Shown one piece after another: positions 29,845-40,954 of a stretch of 64,000 bases of DNA (position 1 is its first letter; every line of letters starts with the position of its first letter). The DNA comes from an uncultured Gemmatimonadaceae bacterium (GTDB taxonomy: Bacteria; Gemmatimonadota; Gemmatimonadetes; Gemmatimonadales; Gemmatimonadaceae): positions 96,001 to 160,000 of the forward strand of contig CAWHHI010000020.1 in the NCBI GenBank assembly GCA_963829055.1, written 5' to 3'. A program made the translations under genes and the position numbers. The notes beneath the pieces were generated by a model. The model was not told where the DNA came from and searched no databases. It saw only the letters and a list, made by a program, of their open reading frames with translations.

Positions 29845-32155
29845 CTACGCGGCGGATCCTCCTCGCGATCCAGGCGAGTGAGGCGATGCACGCAGACGAT
29901 CGATGGGACTGCGACGATCCGTCCTTTCGCCGGGCCACCAGTTCCACCGCCCTGCGAGCACCAGCAACGCTGGACTCACCGCCAAACGCATCACCGTCGC
30001 ATCGAGCAACACCGCGACGGCGAGCGCGAAGCCGAGCATCTTCATCAGCAGAAACTCCCCGAACATGAACGCGCCGAACACCACGAGCATGATCGCCGCC
30101 GCGCTCGTGATCAGTCGTCCAGTGTGCACCAGCCCGGAAGCGATCGCGTCGCGCTCGCCGAGGCCGGCCAGACGCGCCTCACGCACACGCGCGACGAGAA
30201 ACACCTCGTAGTCCATGCTCAGACCGAAAACGACACAGAAGACGAGCACCGGAATCGCCGGAAAGATGCCGTCGAGCGGACCTGCCACTCCCAGCAGCGA
30301 CGCGCCGATCCCATCCTGAAAGACGACCGTCACGGCGCCGAACGCGCCAGCTACTACCAACAGGTTGAGCACGATCGCCTTGAGCGGCACGAGCACCGAC
30401 CGAAAGCCGACCGCGAGCACGAGAAAGGTCGCGACTACGATCAGCATCACCACCTGCATGAAACGCGATCGCCCCGCAACCGCCGCCTCGTAGTCGACGT
30501 TGAGCGCCGGAAGTCCGCCAACGCTGAGACGTGCTGCTCCCACGGGAGTGACCATCAACGGTTGCACGGAGCGAATGCGCCTGACGAGCGCCGCGAGGTC
30601 GTGCGGCGTCGTTGCTTCGCGCGGAATTACCTCCAGCAGTGCGACACGCCCATCGCGGCTGACGAACGATCGTCGCACGTCGTCCGGAAGCGCCGCGAGC
30701 AACGCCTCTCTCGCTATCAGACTGCCCATCGGCGCGAGCAGCCCAGGCAGAGACCGCACGCGCTCCACCGCGGAATCAGCAACGAGCGAACGCGCGAGAC
30801 GAGTGGTTGCCGCCCAACCGCTGTCATCCACCGCTGAGACGCCGCGCGGGAATTCCAGCGTCAGGCGGATGGTCTGGACGACAGCACTCCGGCCCATCGC
30901 TCCGAGAGAGCGCAGCGCGATAGCCGACTCCATCTCCTTCGGGAGCCAGTCCCCGCGCGGCTGCGTCGCATTCAGCCGCAAGCCCTGCCACGCCAACAGG
31001 CATACCGGAAGACCTGACAACAGCAGTACGCGGCTTGGATGACGCGTGACGAAGTCAGCCCACGCACGCCATCCAAATCCGGAGCGCGACGCGTCTCTGC
31101 ATGACGCGCAAGCGTCCTGCGTCTACCCGGTGGCCGAGGGCCGCCAGAATTCCCGGAAGCAGCGTCGTTGCCACGAGCATCGAGACGCCAGTCACGAGCA
31201 GTCCGCCAATCGCCACCGAGCGCAGCTCGTTGACGGGCATCACGGCCAGCGCACTGAAGCCGATCGCTACCGCGCATCCCGCCAGAAGAATCGTTGGTCC
31301 GGCATGACGGAGGGCCTCGCGTGCCGCGAGCTCACGCTCATGCCCAACGCGCAACTCCTCACGGAAGCGCGCGAGCACCAGCAGCGAGTAGTCGATGCCG
31401 AGTCCCAAACCGATCATCGTGACGACGTTCTGCAGCAGAATCGACAGCGACCACGCATGCGCGACGAACGCGGCGATGCCTAACGTCACGCCGATTGCGA
31501 GCAGCGCGCCGGCCACTGGCAGAAACGCGGCGACGATTGCGCCGAACGCAACGAACAGCAACACCAGCGTCACCGGAGCCGCACGCCACTCGGCGCTCCG
31601 CGCATCAGCCGCGCTCGTCCGGCGGAGGTCGGCGTTGAGCGCCACTTGTCCGGTCCATCGCATCGTCGCGGCGGGATGGTCGCGCCGGAGCGCTATCTCG
31701 AATCGGCGCGTCGCCTGGCGCAGCGTGTCGAGCAGTACATCTGCCTGACGCTGCTCGTCGAGACCCACGATCATGAATGTGCCACGCGCGGTGTCACTCC
31801 GCGTGTCGACGAAGAGCGGCTCGTGTCCATCGAGATAGGAGATCACGCGAGTCACGCCGCGAATCGCCTGCACCGAGTCGACGAGCGTGCGCAACACATC
31901 GCCGCCGAGCGGTGTTTGTGGCGATGGAACACCCGTCGCCGCCAGAACGACGGACTGCGCGAACGGCGACTGGAAGCGGCGCGCCAGCTGTTCATCCACC
32001 GCTGCGGATTCGCTTCCGTCCACACGTGCGGCGACCCGCAACACGGATTCGATTCGCCGTGCCCTGGGCAACAGGACTACGCAGGCGAGGATCCACGCCA
32101 GTGCAATGAATCCACGGCGGCGAACGATGATCGCCGCGAGCGTCGCGCCGCTCAT
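29845..32155 (-). CDS. MMPL/RND-family transporter (frameshift near 31050)
   Basis: GLGLGIDYSLLVLARFREE, GLSMDYEVFLVARVRE, TGRLITSAAAIM, GRWNWW. Confidence 0.92.
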
Positions 32156-33280
32156 ACGAGCGCGATCTCGTAGTGCAGCGGCCTATCCGCCAATGATGGG
32201 CCAGCGTAGTCGCCGCTCGTCGTGTAGATGAAGGCGTTGACGTCCGTCGGTTGCGCAAAGAGCCCGTTCAACGCGGCGCAGAGAGGGTCGCGCACATCCA
32301 AACCGATGGTCGCGAACGCATACCCAGCGTCGCGCAGCTCGGCGTAGCTCGAGCGCACCAGCGCTCTCAGCACCTCCGGTGCTTCACCCGGAACGCAAAC
32401 GTTGTACGCCGTGCAGTAGGGCAGCAATTCGCCCACGTCAGGGAGCAACATACCCTGCGTCACAGTCGCCGCACCGTTCAGCAGCGCGCGCGCAACGCGA
32501 AGTCGACGTGAGTAACGCATAACGCGCGATTGCTTGAAGGTCGCCTGGTCCCACCAGGCCATGAAGCCGACCAGCCGGCCGGTCGCATCGCGCGCCAGGC
32601 GATAGCTCGAGATGTCCAGGCCAGGTGCGCTCGCGATCCAGCTCGCGAACGTTGCGGCGGTGAGCACCGGTGTGAGTTGACGCGTAGGACCCACTCGGCG
32701 CCAGAGCTCCAACATCTCGTCAATGTCGCGCGATGTCGCCGTCGAAACTCGCAAACCACTTTCCTTGAACGCACGAGGAAAGAGCAGCGGTATGGAGAAC
32801 GCGCGAATGGTCGCGAAGCGCGCGACGCCCGGCGTCGTTCCTCGCCCGGATGTTCGGCGCTCCATCGCGCGGTTTCCGGCGAGAACGGTGAGCAAGATCG
32901 GCGTGTCGGGGCCGCCCATGTCGAGAAGCGCGGCCATGGTCCATCTGATAAGCGCGTCAGCGACCCCGGTACCGCGCATCGTCGGAATCACCTTGAGATC
33001 GCCCGCATAGAACGTCCGCCGCTCGACGCCGTGCAGATACGCGCTTCCGCTCGGCGCCCATCACACACCCGACGACGCGCCCATCGACCTCGGCAACGCC
33101 GACGCGCCACTGATTTCCCTCGAGTCGATTGAGCTGGAAGAAATCGGGATCCCGCGTTATGCGGAGGGTGATGTCACCTTCCATTGGACACGAGGCGGCG
33201 ATCGCTCTGAGTGCCGCATCGTCATCGTCCACGGCGTCACGCACCCGGACGCTCGTGGCCGACATCGCCGTCGCCGTCAT
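32152..33280 (-). CDS. GNAT-fold acyltransferase (frameshift near 33040)
   Basis: PMEGDITLRITRDPDFF, YAGDLKVIP.MRGTGVA acyl-CoA-binding motif; double-GNAT length. Confidence 0.75.
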
Positions 33281-34456
33281 TGATGCGACTCAGCACGAAC
33301 GCGACACAATGCGAACCGACGCTGCACCACGCTGCGGTCGCGCCGCATCATCGTTTCTCCACGCACTCGGTCTTCTGTGATCACGTGCTGGAAACGCGGC
33401 GGGACTTCCGTCCACCCGACGAAGTTCCGAAAGCACAGCGTCGCATTCGGCGCCGCGGTGCGAACGATCTCCGCAAACAGCAGGTCGACGTCACGCGGCT
33501 CGATCCACTCGCAGATATTGGAGATCGCGAATCCCGTCACGCTCCCAGCGGGAAGACCGCGGAGGTGATCGGTGATCGTCCCGTCCACGAGCGTCAGTCG
33601 TTCGCGCGACGTCGCTACCGACGCGCACGCCTCCGTCACTGAGGTATGGCGGCACGCCGCCGGCGGCGTCCACCGGGTATTGGCCGGTGAGCATGTGATG
33701 CAGGAAGTAATTGTCCCGCACCGACAGCTCCGTCAGCGCATGCTCGGCCTGCGAGCGGAAATGGTCGGCGAAGCTCGGTCGCTCGAGGTGCGCGAAGAAC
33801 GCGGGGTCGTAGGCCCGTCGGAAGACAGCCCGATTCAATAGCAGATGAAAGAACGCGCGCCACCTGGCGGTATTCCATTCGCTCTCGAAGAGCGAGCGTT
33901 GCACGTTCAGGGTGTCGGACGCAAGCATGCGCTCGATGCGCGCGCGCGGATGCACAGCAACGCGTAGCATCCGCACCACCGTTCGGATGAAGCGCTCGGT
34001 CACACCGGCGTTGAGCACGCCGTCGGCAATGCCCAGGCGGTGTGCGTCCCAATACGCGAGCGCCGGTTGCGTGAGACCCGCGCGCAGCTCTCGTACGCCG
34101 CAAGGCGCGCCCGGCGCCGAGCCGGGTGTTGCACCGAGGAACGCGAGCGACTCCGCCCGTGAAAGCACGGTCAGCGCAGCGACCTTGAGCTCGATGAGAT
34201 GATTCTGTGTGCGATTGACGTCCACCGCGGTGACGTGACCGACGCCCGCCGCGAGCAGTGAGAGCGCCGTGCAACCGCCCGAGCCCACGATGACGATGGA
34301 GTCATCCGGACCAGGCGCCAGCGCTTCGATCTCGAGCCGCGGATCCTCGCGCACCTGCGCGAAGTACAGGCGGTCGTCCACAGCGCTGGGCAACGAGAGC
34401 CGCTTGACGTGCGACGCGGCCTGCGCGGCGGTGACCGGAGGTGTCAGGACGCGCAT
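33277..34456 (-). CDS. BtaA/DUF3419 SAM-dependent 3-amino-3-carboxypropyl transferase-like protein (frameshift near 33640)
   Basis: YFAQVREDPRLE, GSGGCTALSLL, AVDVNRTQNHLIELK, NYFL, SNICEW. Confidence 0.8.
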
Positions 34457-34994
34457 GCGAGCTCTGGCCACTCGTAGTCGCTGAGCAACTGCTTGCGGAT
34501 CTCCGCATCGACGGCGCTGTACCGGCGCATCAACGCCGGTACCGCGGTCGTTGCGCCCGGTCGGGAATCGAGCCACTCTTTCACCCACGAGAGATGCCCC
34601 CGCTCGTCGGCGAGCATGCGGCGCAGCGTCGCTTGCACGCGCGGATGCGTGCGCGGCGGTGCAGATGCATGACGAAGTGGCGATACACTCCGCGCTCGAA
34701 GACCTGCGTGAGTGCCAACACCTCGAGCAGCGACGTCGGAGCACCGATGGCGGCAGCGTAGCGCGCCTGATACGTGTCCGTCGTCGGACGCGGACGACCG
34801 CCGACGGCGACGATCGTCTCCGTCCACAGCTGGGCGTGCAGCACTCTTCGGCGCTATGCGGTGAGACGCAGAATGAGCTCCGGGTCGCGCACGTGTTGCA
34901 CGAGGCGTCCGAGCACCAGGCCGCCGTGCAGCTCCGAGGCGCGGTAGAAGTTCAGGAGCGTGAGCTCACGCTCGGTGATTTCGAGCATGCTCAT
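34444..34994 (-). CDS. Ferritin-like di-iron protein 2 (reconstructed across frameshifts)
   Basis: Own translation MSMLEITERELTLLNFYRASELHGG...HSAEE.LHAQLW...QVFER...DERGH; ATG overlaps the upstream TGA. Confidence 0.75.
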
Positions 34995-35740
34995 GATCCG
35001 CCCTCCAGTTCCATCTTGAAGTGATCGACGATGCGCATGCCGCAGAGCCGCTCGATCCGCGTCGCGAAAGTCCGGATGGCCACGTCGTCGCCCTCCATCG
35101 CGATCGGAACGTCTCCCACTGCCTCTTCGCCGTAATGGTGAAAGTCCACGGCCGCGCGAAGTACCACGGGCACGAGGTCAGGATGCGCCGCGATACGTTG
35201 CGCGATGAGGTCCGACGCGCCCTGAGCGTGACGCACCTCGTCGGCGGCGATGAGCGCCAGCAGTGCCTGGAGCTGCGGCTCCCGTGCTTGCTCGCCGAGT
35301 CGGCGGAAGAAGTACGCGGCGAGGTGCTCGCTGAGCATGAACTCGACGAGCGGAGTCACGAGGTCCGACGGATCGAGGTCGCCGCGATCGGCGCGCTGCC
35401 GGATCTGTCGGAGCTCATCGTCGGTGATCCGCGGCTCGTACCCGACCGCGTCGAGGTACATGCGAAGCGCGTGGAAGTGCTTGAAGCCCTCGTACATCTC
35501 CAGCGAGAATACGACGCCCGCGTCGATGTCGTCCCAGGCGAAGCGGATGAGCCGCGACAGGTTGACCGGATGGAACGACTCGATGAGCGCGGCGCTGCGC
35601 AGCTTGGCGAGGATGTCCGGCTGCGCCAGCGCTTGCGCGCGGTCGATCTCAGTCCACCGCACGTCGCGCTCCACCGACCACGTCGCACGGTCGGCGGCGC
35701 GAGCATGCCGCGCGTAGAGCGAGCCGGCCAGTTCAATCAC
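34991..35740 (-). CDS. Ferritin-like di-iron protein 1 (acyl-ACP desaturase-like ligand pattern)
   Basis: LIESF, EGFKH, LSEH, DEVRH; WSVERDVRW N-terminus. Confidence 0.8.
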   Translation of the reverse strand: MIELAGSLYARHARAADRATWSVERDVRWTEIDRAQALAQPDILAKLRSAALIESFHPVNLSRLIRFAWDDIDAGVVFSLEMYEGFKHFHALRMYLDAVGYEPRITDDELRQIRQRADRGDLDPSDLVTPLVEFMLSEHLAAYFFRRLGEQAREPQLQALLALIAADEVRHAQGASDLIAQRIAAHPDLVPVVLRAAVDFHHYGEEAVGDVPIAMEGDDVAIRTFATRIERLCGMRIVDHFKMELEGGS

Positions 35741-35762
35741 CGTCAGTCATGTCGCACCTCCA

Positions 35763-36656
35763 CTAGCGCATTGACGGCGGAATGGCCGGCCACCCGTCGG
35801 CATCCGGCCCATGCCTCACGAGGAACGCGAGCAGCCAGCGCTCGAGCCCGAAGGCGACACACGCCGTGATGGCAGGCTTGCCACTGGGCAGCCTGATGTC
35901 GAACGCCTCGCCGAAAAACGTTTCGTGCAGATTGAACGACGAGGCAGCGATGGTGCTGCTCGGACCGACGGGCAGGAGCAGCTCGTGCTTCAGCTCCTTG
36001 AGCTGCTGGAGGACCTGCTTGGCGCGTGCACCCGGCTTGAAGAACGGGTCCGTCGCCACGACGAGCGTCGGCTCGAGATCGAGCGACCGGGCGAAGTCCG
36101 TTACGCGCTCGGTGGATCGCTCGAGGAAGTCACGTGCGTCGTCGTCGGACCCGATGCAGACGATCTCGCGCATCGTGAACGCCCAGCCGCGCTCCAGCGC
36201 GGCGTGTCGCGTGCCCTCGTGACGCCAGCACTCTGCTTGCGCAGTCACGAACTTCGCTCGATCGATGCTCGTGCCCGCGAGCGCGGCGTATACGTGGTAG
36301 CAAACCGCTGGATTGAGCGCGGCGTCAGGCGGTGCCGACGCCTCGCGCAGGACATCCGGCTTGCCACGCTCGGCCACTGTGCGCAGCGTGTCCTCCTCGT
36401 CTCTCAAATGCGAGGCGACCGTGAGCCAGTGCGGGAAGGACGCGAAGTACTCGGCACGGGCGAGCGTCGCGAAGTCGATCGCCGGCGGCACGCGCCAGTC
36501 GTCGGAGGTCTCGAGCCCGCAGAGCGCCGCGATCGCGCGCTCGAGATCGCGAAGGAGGCGAGCGGCATCGCCGCGCAACGCCGTGACACCTGGCGCCACA
36601 TCCCACAGCTCGCCGCGTGCGGAGAGCGCGCTCACGATGTCGTCACGCTGCCGCAT
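35763..36656 (-). CDS. Amino acid:[carrier protein] ligase, SerRS catalytic-domain homologue lacking the tRNA-binding domain
   Basis: YFASFPH, PAVCYHVY, CWRHEG, FTMREIV, ATDPFF, SFNLH..FFG, TACVAFGLERW. Confidence 0.88.
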   Translation of the reverse strand: MRQRDDIVSALSARGELWDVAPGVTALRGDAARLLRDLERAIAALCGLETSDDWRVPPAIDFATLARAEYFASFPHWLTVASHLRDEEDTLRTVAERGKPDVLREASAPPDAALNPAVCYHVYAALAGTSIDRAKFVTAQAECWRHEGTRHAALERGWAFTMREIVCIGSDDDARDFLERSTERVTDFARSLDLEPTLVVATDPFFKPGARAKQVLQQLKELKHELLLPVGPSSTIAASSFNLHETFFGEAFDIRLPSGKPAITACVAFGLERWLLAFLVRHGPDADGWPAIPPSMR

Positions 36657-36930
36657 TGTCGTCTCCGGTAACCGTATCGGCGCCGGCGAACGCGTCGGCG
36701 ATGTGCCGCACCGTCCGGAAGTGATCCATACGAATGCGCGCGTCGGGAATGCGCATGTCCAACGCGTGCTCCGTCCACGCGATGAGCTGCAGGACGCGAA
36801 TGGAGTTGATGAGCCCATTGGCGAAGAGCGGCGTGTCGGCATCGACCGTGACGCCGGCGGGAACGAGCGTCGCGTTGATCCACTCCACTGTCCGCACCAC
36901 GAACGTGGCGTGATCCATCGGCGCGCTCAT
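36643..36930 (-). CDS. Acyl/aminoacyl carrier protein
   Basis: DTPLFANGLINSIRVL...IPD...DHFRTV; Ser at the phosphopantetheine position. Confidence 0.85.
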   Translation of the reverse strand: MSAPMDHATFVVRTVEWINATLVPAGVTVDADTPLFANGLINSIRVLQLIAWTEHALDMRIPDARIRMDHFRTVRHIADAFAGADTVTGDDNAAA

Positions 36931-38030
36931 GCGACCCTCGCGATCGGACTCGCTGCGCCCTGTGCGTGCATGTGATCGAGCATCGGGATCCAGAAGTCGC
37001 GGACGGGTGGCGCGCCACGACCGAGCAATGCTTCGGCGTTCGTCGTGTCGAAGCGCTTGGGCAGGGCCAGCTGCGGGACGAAGTGCGACAGCGCTCCCGC
37101 TATCCGCTTGAGCGACGCGTCACCGACGTCGGCGATCGTGCGCTCGAACAGCGAATACGTCGCGAGGTCCGTGATGGCGGGCCGAACGATCCCACGTTTG
37201 CGCCACGCTGGGTTCGTGGCCCAGCGCTCGTACGTGATGTCGAGCAGCTCGACGAGTGGCAGCGCGCCTTCACCCGCGCAGAGGTGAACCACTTTCCCAG
37301 CGGCGTCGTCGCGCAGCGCGAGCCGAGCGATGCCGTCGGCGACGAACGATGTCGTCACGGCGTCGACGGTGGAGCCCACGACGCCGGGCATCATCGCCAC
37401 CAATCCGTGGCGATAGAGATTGAGAGCACGATGCACGGCGTTTGTCTGCGTGACCTGGCCGGAAACGTCGTCGCAGACGACGGTGCTCGAGCGGAGGATG
37501 ACCCAGCTCGCCGCCTGGTCCATCACGAGTCGCTCGGCCTCGTACTTCGACTGCTCGTAGGCGTTCACCCAGCCGGCGTTCGCGGCGTGGAGATCTTCGG
37601 CGATCACGCCTGTCCGCCGACCAGCCACGAACGCCGTGCTGACGTACGCCACGCGCACGGGCGTTTCGCAATCATCAGCGATCTCCAACACGCGCTGCGT
37701 GCCGAGCGTGTTTACGGCGCGCGCGCGATCGAGCGGCGACGAGAACGTCGTGTCGGCGGCGAGATGAACGATCGCCGTCACGTCGCGGCAAATCGCGGCG
37801 CGCGCGTTAGGCTCGATGCCGAGCCCGTCGGCGCAGAGATCGCCGTGCACGGGGATGACACGACTCTGCTTGCCGAGCTCGCGTGCTGTGCGACGCCAGC
37901 GGTCGACGTCGCGCACGAGCACGAAGGCGCGGAGCCGGGAATCGGCCGCGAGCAGGCGCGCCAGCACGTCGCGGCCGAGCAGGCCGGTGGCGCCGGTGAC
38001 GAGAATCGAATGATCGGCGGACATGGTCAT
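36927..38030 (-). CDS. Extended SDR, thioester reductase / fatty acyl reductase type
   Basis: TGATGLLG, IVHLAA, NTLGT, YVSTAFVAG, YEQSK. Confidence 0.88.
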   Translation of the reverse strand: MTMSADHSILVTGATGLLGRDVLARLLAADSRLRAFVLVRDVDRWRRTARELGKQSRVIPVHGDLCADGLGIEPNARAAICRDVTAIVHLAADTTFSSPLDRARAVNTLGTQRVLEIADDCETPVRVAYVSTAFVAGRRTGVIAEDLHAANAGWVNAYEQSKYEAERLVMDQAASWVILRSSTVVCDDVSGQVTQTNAVHRALNLYRHGLVAMMPGVVGSTVDAVTTSFVADGIARLALRDDAAGKVVHLCAGEGALPLVELLDITYERWATNPAWRKRGIVRPAITDLATYSLFERTIADVGDASLKRIAGALSHFVPQLALPKRFDTTNAEALLGRGAPPVRDFWIPMLDHMHAQGAASPIARVA

Positions 38031-39004
38031 GCCTCCAACGCCAGCGCCGTCCAGTGCGCGCCGTAGCCGTAAGAGAAAAGGAGCAGACGATCTCCGGGAC
38101 GCACGCTTCCGTCGCTCACCGCGTCGCGCAGATTGATGAAGTTGTCGCCGGCAAGCGTGTGTCCGATTCGCGCGATGTTCCGGCACCACAGACGCTCGCG
38201 TGGAATTCCCGTGAGGCCAAGCAGGATCTCCCAGCTGCGGATGCTGATGTTGTGGGGGATCACCCAGGTGACTTCGTCGGGGCGCCACCCCGCGCGTCGG
38301 AGCGTCTCCGCGATCACGTGCTTGGCGGTCGGGAAGTACGACGCGACGATCTCGTTGCGCATCGCGTCTCCCTGCCAGTAGTAGCCCTTGGTCGTGTGCG
38401 CCGACGCGAGAATGCGATTACGATCGGCGTTGTGGTCGACGAGCACCGCGCACGCCGCGTCGGCGGTGCAGTTGTAGATCGCCTCGCGGCCTGCGCCGAC
38501 GGGAAAGAACTCCGACGACACGCAGAGCACCCGTCGCGCATCTCCCGTTTCAACGAGGGCGCGCGCGACGCGCACCGCGCTGAAGAGCGACGTGCACGCC
38601 AATTGATCGAGCGCGAAGGTGGACGCGCACTCGAGGTCGAGGTCGTACTGCAGCCGCGTTGCGGGATACTGAAAGCGTTGCGTGCTGGAGATGTGACTCG
38701 TTGCGTCCACGGCGCTTCCGGCCGGCGCGAAAGCGACCGACGGCGTGCCGCAGTACAGCAGCGTATCGATGCTGTCGGGCGCGACGGAGTATTCGTGCAG
38801 CAGCGCCCTGGCCGCTTCGAGGGCCAGCGAGTACGGAGTCTCCTCTTCGGCGACGTACACATGGGAGAAGCCGAACTGTTCGAGTAGCGCGGGATCGCTT
38901 TCGAGCTGTCCAAGCGCGTGGAGCTCGCGCAGCGAGCGCCGTTGCGCAGGCAGCGCATACGCGATTGCGGAGATGCCAGCGATTCCGGGCGTCACGGCGG
39001 TCAC
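38027..39004 (-). CDS. KAS III (FabH)-like condensing or acyl-transfer enzyme
   Basis: ACTS (Cys), PHN, IGHTLAGD, GYGAHW; AGGAG RBS before GTG at 39004. Confidence 0.88.
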   Translation of the reverse strand: MTAVTPGIAGISAIAYALPAQRRSLRELHALGQLESDPALLEQFGFSHVYVAEEETPYSLALEAARALLHEYSVAPDSIDTLLYCGTPSVAFAPAGSAVDATSHISSTQRFQYPATRLQYDLDLECASTFALDQLACTSLFSAVRVARALVETGDARRVLCVSSEFFPVGAGREAIYNCTADAACAVLVDHNADRNRILASAHTTKGYYWQGDAMRNEIVASYFPTAKHVIAETLRRAGWRPDEVTWVIPHNISIRSWEILLGLTGIPRERLWCRNIARIGHTLAGDNFINLRDAVSDGSVRPGDRLLLFSYGYGAHWTALALEA

Positions 39005-39438
39005 GAAAGCTCCTGTTTGTTCCCGGTGATCTCGCCGATGTCTCCGATCTCGAGCACGGCTGCGAGCAGGGGGCGTGGGTGGGAGACAGCGCACAACATC
39101 GGCGCGCGCCGTTATCCACGTGTTATCCAGCCGAACGCCCTGAAGTGCATGGGACTCAACGTGGCGAGCGACATCGGCTTCCTCGTCTCTGACGGACACG
39201 TGCACGATGCCGGTCGGCCGACGTTTTACGATATCGGTCGTGTTACGTAGTGGCCGGGCAGGCAATACGTAGTGGCGCCTTGCGAGAAACGTCCATTACG
39301 CATGCCGGACAAGGCGACCAGCTCGAGCGAGTCGATCCGCAGTCATCGACATCCACGTTCACGGCACTCCCACTCCGGCGGGCGCCCTTGGCAAGCGGTC
39401 GACCGTGAGCGAGCCCTCCCCGCACTCGCTCTCGTGGG

Positions 39439-39627
39439 TTGGTTGACGCGGGCTTTGGAAAGCGGATCATGTTCGGCTCCGACACTCCGGCGGGATCGGC
39501 TCGTCGGGGCATCGACGCCATCCTGGCCGCCGACTTCCTGACTGCGGAGCAGAAGGCGGACATCCTGTGCGGGAACGCGATGCGATTCTTGCGGCTTCCC
39601 GAAGCAGTGTGTCGTCCCGATCCGTGA
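39439..39627 (+). pseudogene. C-terminal fragment of an amidohydrolase_2-type gene
   Basis: RIMFGSD...EQKADILCGNAMRFLRL with no upstream part. Confidence 0.65.
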
Positions 39628-39688
39628 AGCACGCGCGTCCGGCATCGAACCACAGACACGTCGCCTAACGGCTAACCATGCCTAACGG

Positions 39689-40662
39689 CTAGCGACGCTC
39701 GACCCCTGTGAGGAACGTCCGCACCGCGGCGAGCAGCGCGTCCGGATTGTCGTTGGTCATCATGTGGCCGCTGCCCGGGAATCGATGACGAACTCGGAAC
39801 CAGGAACCAGCCGTGAGAAGTTGCGAGTCGACGAGGGCGTTGCCTCGTCGAACTCGCCGGTGACGAAGAGCGTCGGCACTGTGAGGCCGCGCAGCGACGC
39901 TGTCGCGTCGAAGTTCCGCAGCGTGCCTGTCGAGTTGAATTCGCTCGGGCCCCACATGTACTCGTATACCTGCGTGCCGGACCCTGCCCTGCTGCTGTCG
40001 CGATCCGCCACGTTCCGTGGTGGCTTGCGGGTCAGATACAGAGCGTAGTACGCCCTGGTGGCTTCGACGTATTCCGGCGCCGAGGTCGTGTGATTGGCCT
40101 CGTGCGTGGCAATGGCGGCGCGCGTCGAATCAGGGAGTGCCTTGATCAGCGAGTCGGCGTCGTGCTCCCATTGTGCCGTCGTGACGAGCGGACTGGCGAG
40201 AATGAGACTGCGAACACCCGCCGGCCGCGTCGCCATGTAGGACTCGGCGAGCATCGCCCCCCACGAGTGCCCGAGCAGGTGAACCTCGCGGAGACCAAGC
40301 GAGTCGCGCAACGTCTGGAGCTCCCGCACGTAGCGGTCGACCGTGAACAGCGTCGTATCCGTCGGCCGGTCGGACTTGCCACATCCCAGCTGGTCGTAGA
40401 TGACGACGGGTCGGTCGGCGGCGAGCGCGAGGAGCGGCTTGAGGTAGTAGCTGCAGCTTCCCGGTCCGCCGTGGAGAAGAAGGAGCGGCGTTGCCTTCCC
40501 CGCACCCACGCAATGATACCAGATCCGGCCACCCTCGACGGTCACGAAGCCTTCGTCGGGCCGCGCGCGTGGAGCAGCGCATCCTTGACTGAGAGCGAGC
40601 GCGCAGATCAGGGAAAGGAAGCCGGGGCGGTACGCGCGGCTGGAGCGGGAAGGCGTAGTCAT
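39689..40662 (-). CDS. Proline iminopeptidase family hydrolase (lipoprotein; frameshift near 39780)
   Basis: LHGGPG, YDQLGCGKS, GHSWG, GEFDE, GHM. Confidence 0.9.
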
Positions 40663-40700
40663 GAGCGGGTGCGCGTCTCAGCCGAGGTGAACGTGTTGCC

Positions 40701-40797
40701 AGCGAACGCGAAAGTTGAGCTGCGCTGCGCCTGGATGCGGGCGCCACAATGTCGACGCGACTCGCGCAAGTGGCACGCCGTGCACTTCAACGACCGG
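40701..40797 (-). mobile_element. Degenerate attC-like site
   Basis: Minus strand GCAGCTCAAC-tttcgc-GTTCGCT (same L' as 23251) and partner GTTGAAGTGCAC. Confidence 0.45.
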
Positions 40798-40954
40798 TCA
40801 TTTCACCGTTATGCGCCGTCGTGCCAATGTCTGAGAACCCGGGTGACGCTCAGGAGACGGCGCATCGCGAGCATCATGGAGTCCAAGTCGTGGGTTTCGG
40901 CCAGCGCCGCTGCGCCCGAAGGAGATCTGGCGTGATGGAGCAGGCCGATGGTCG

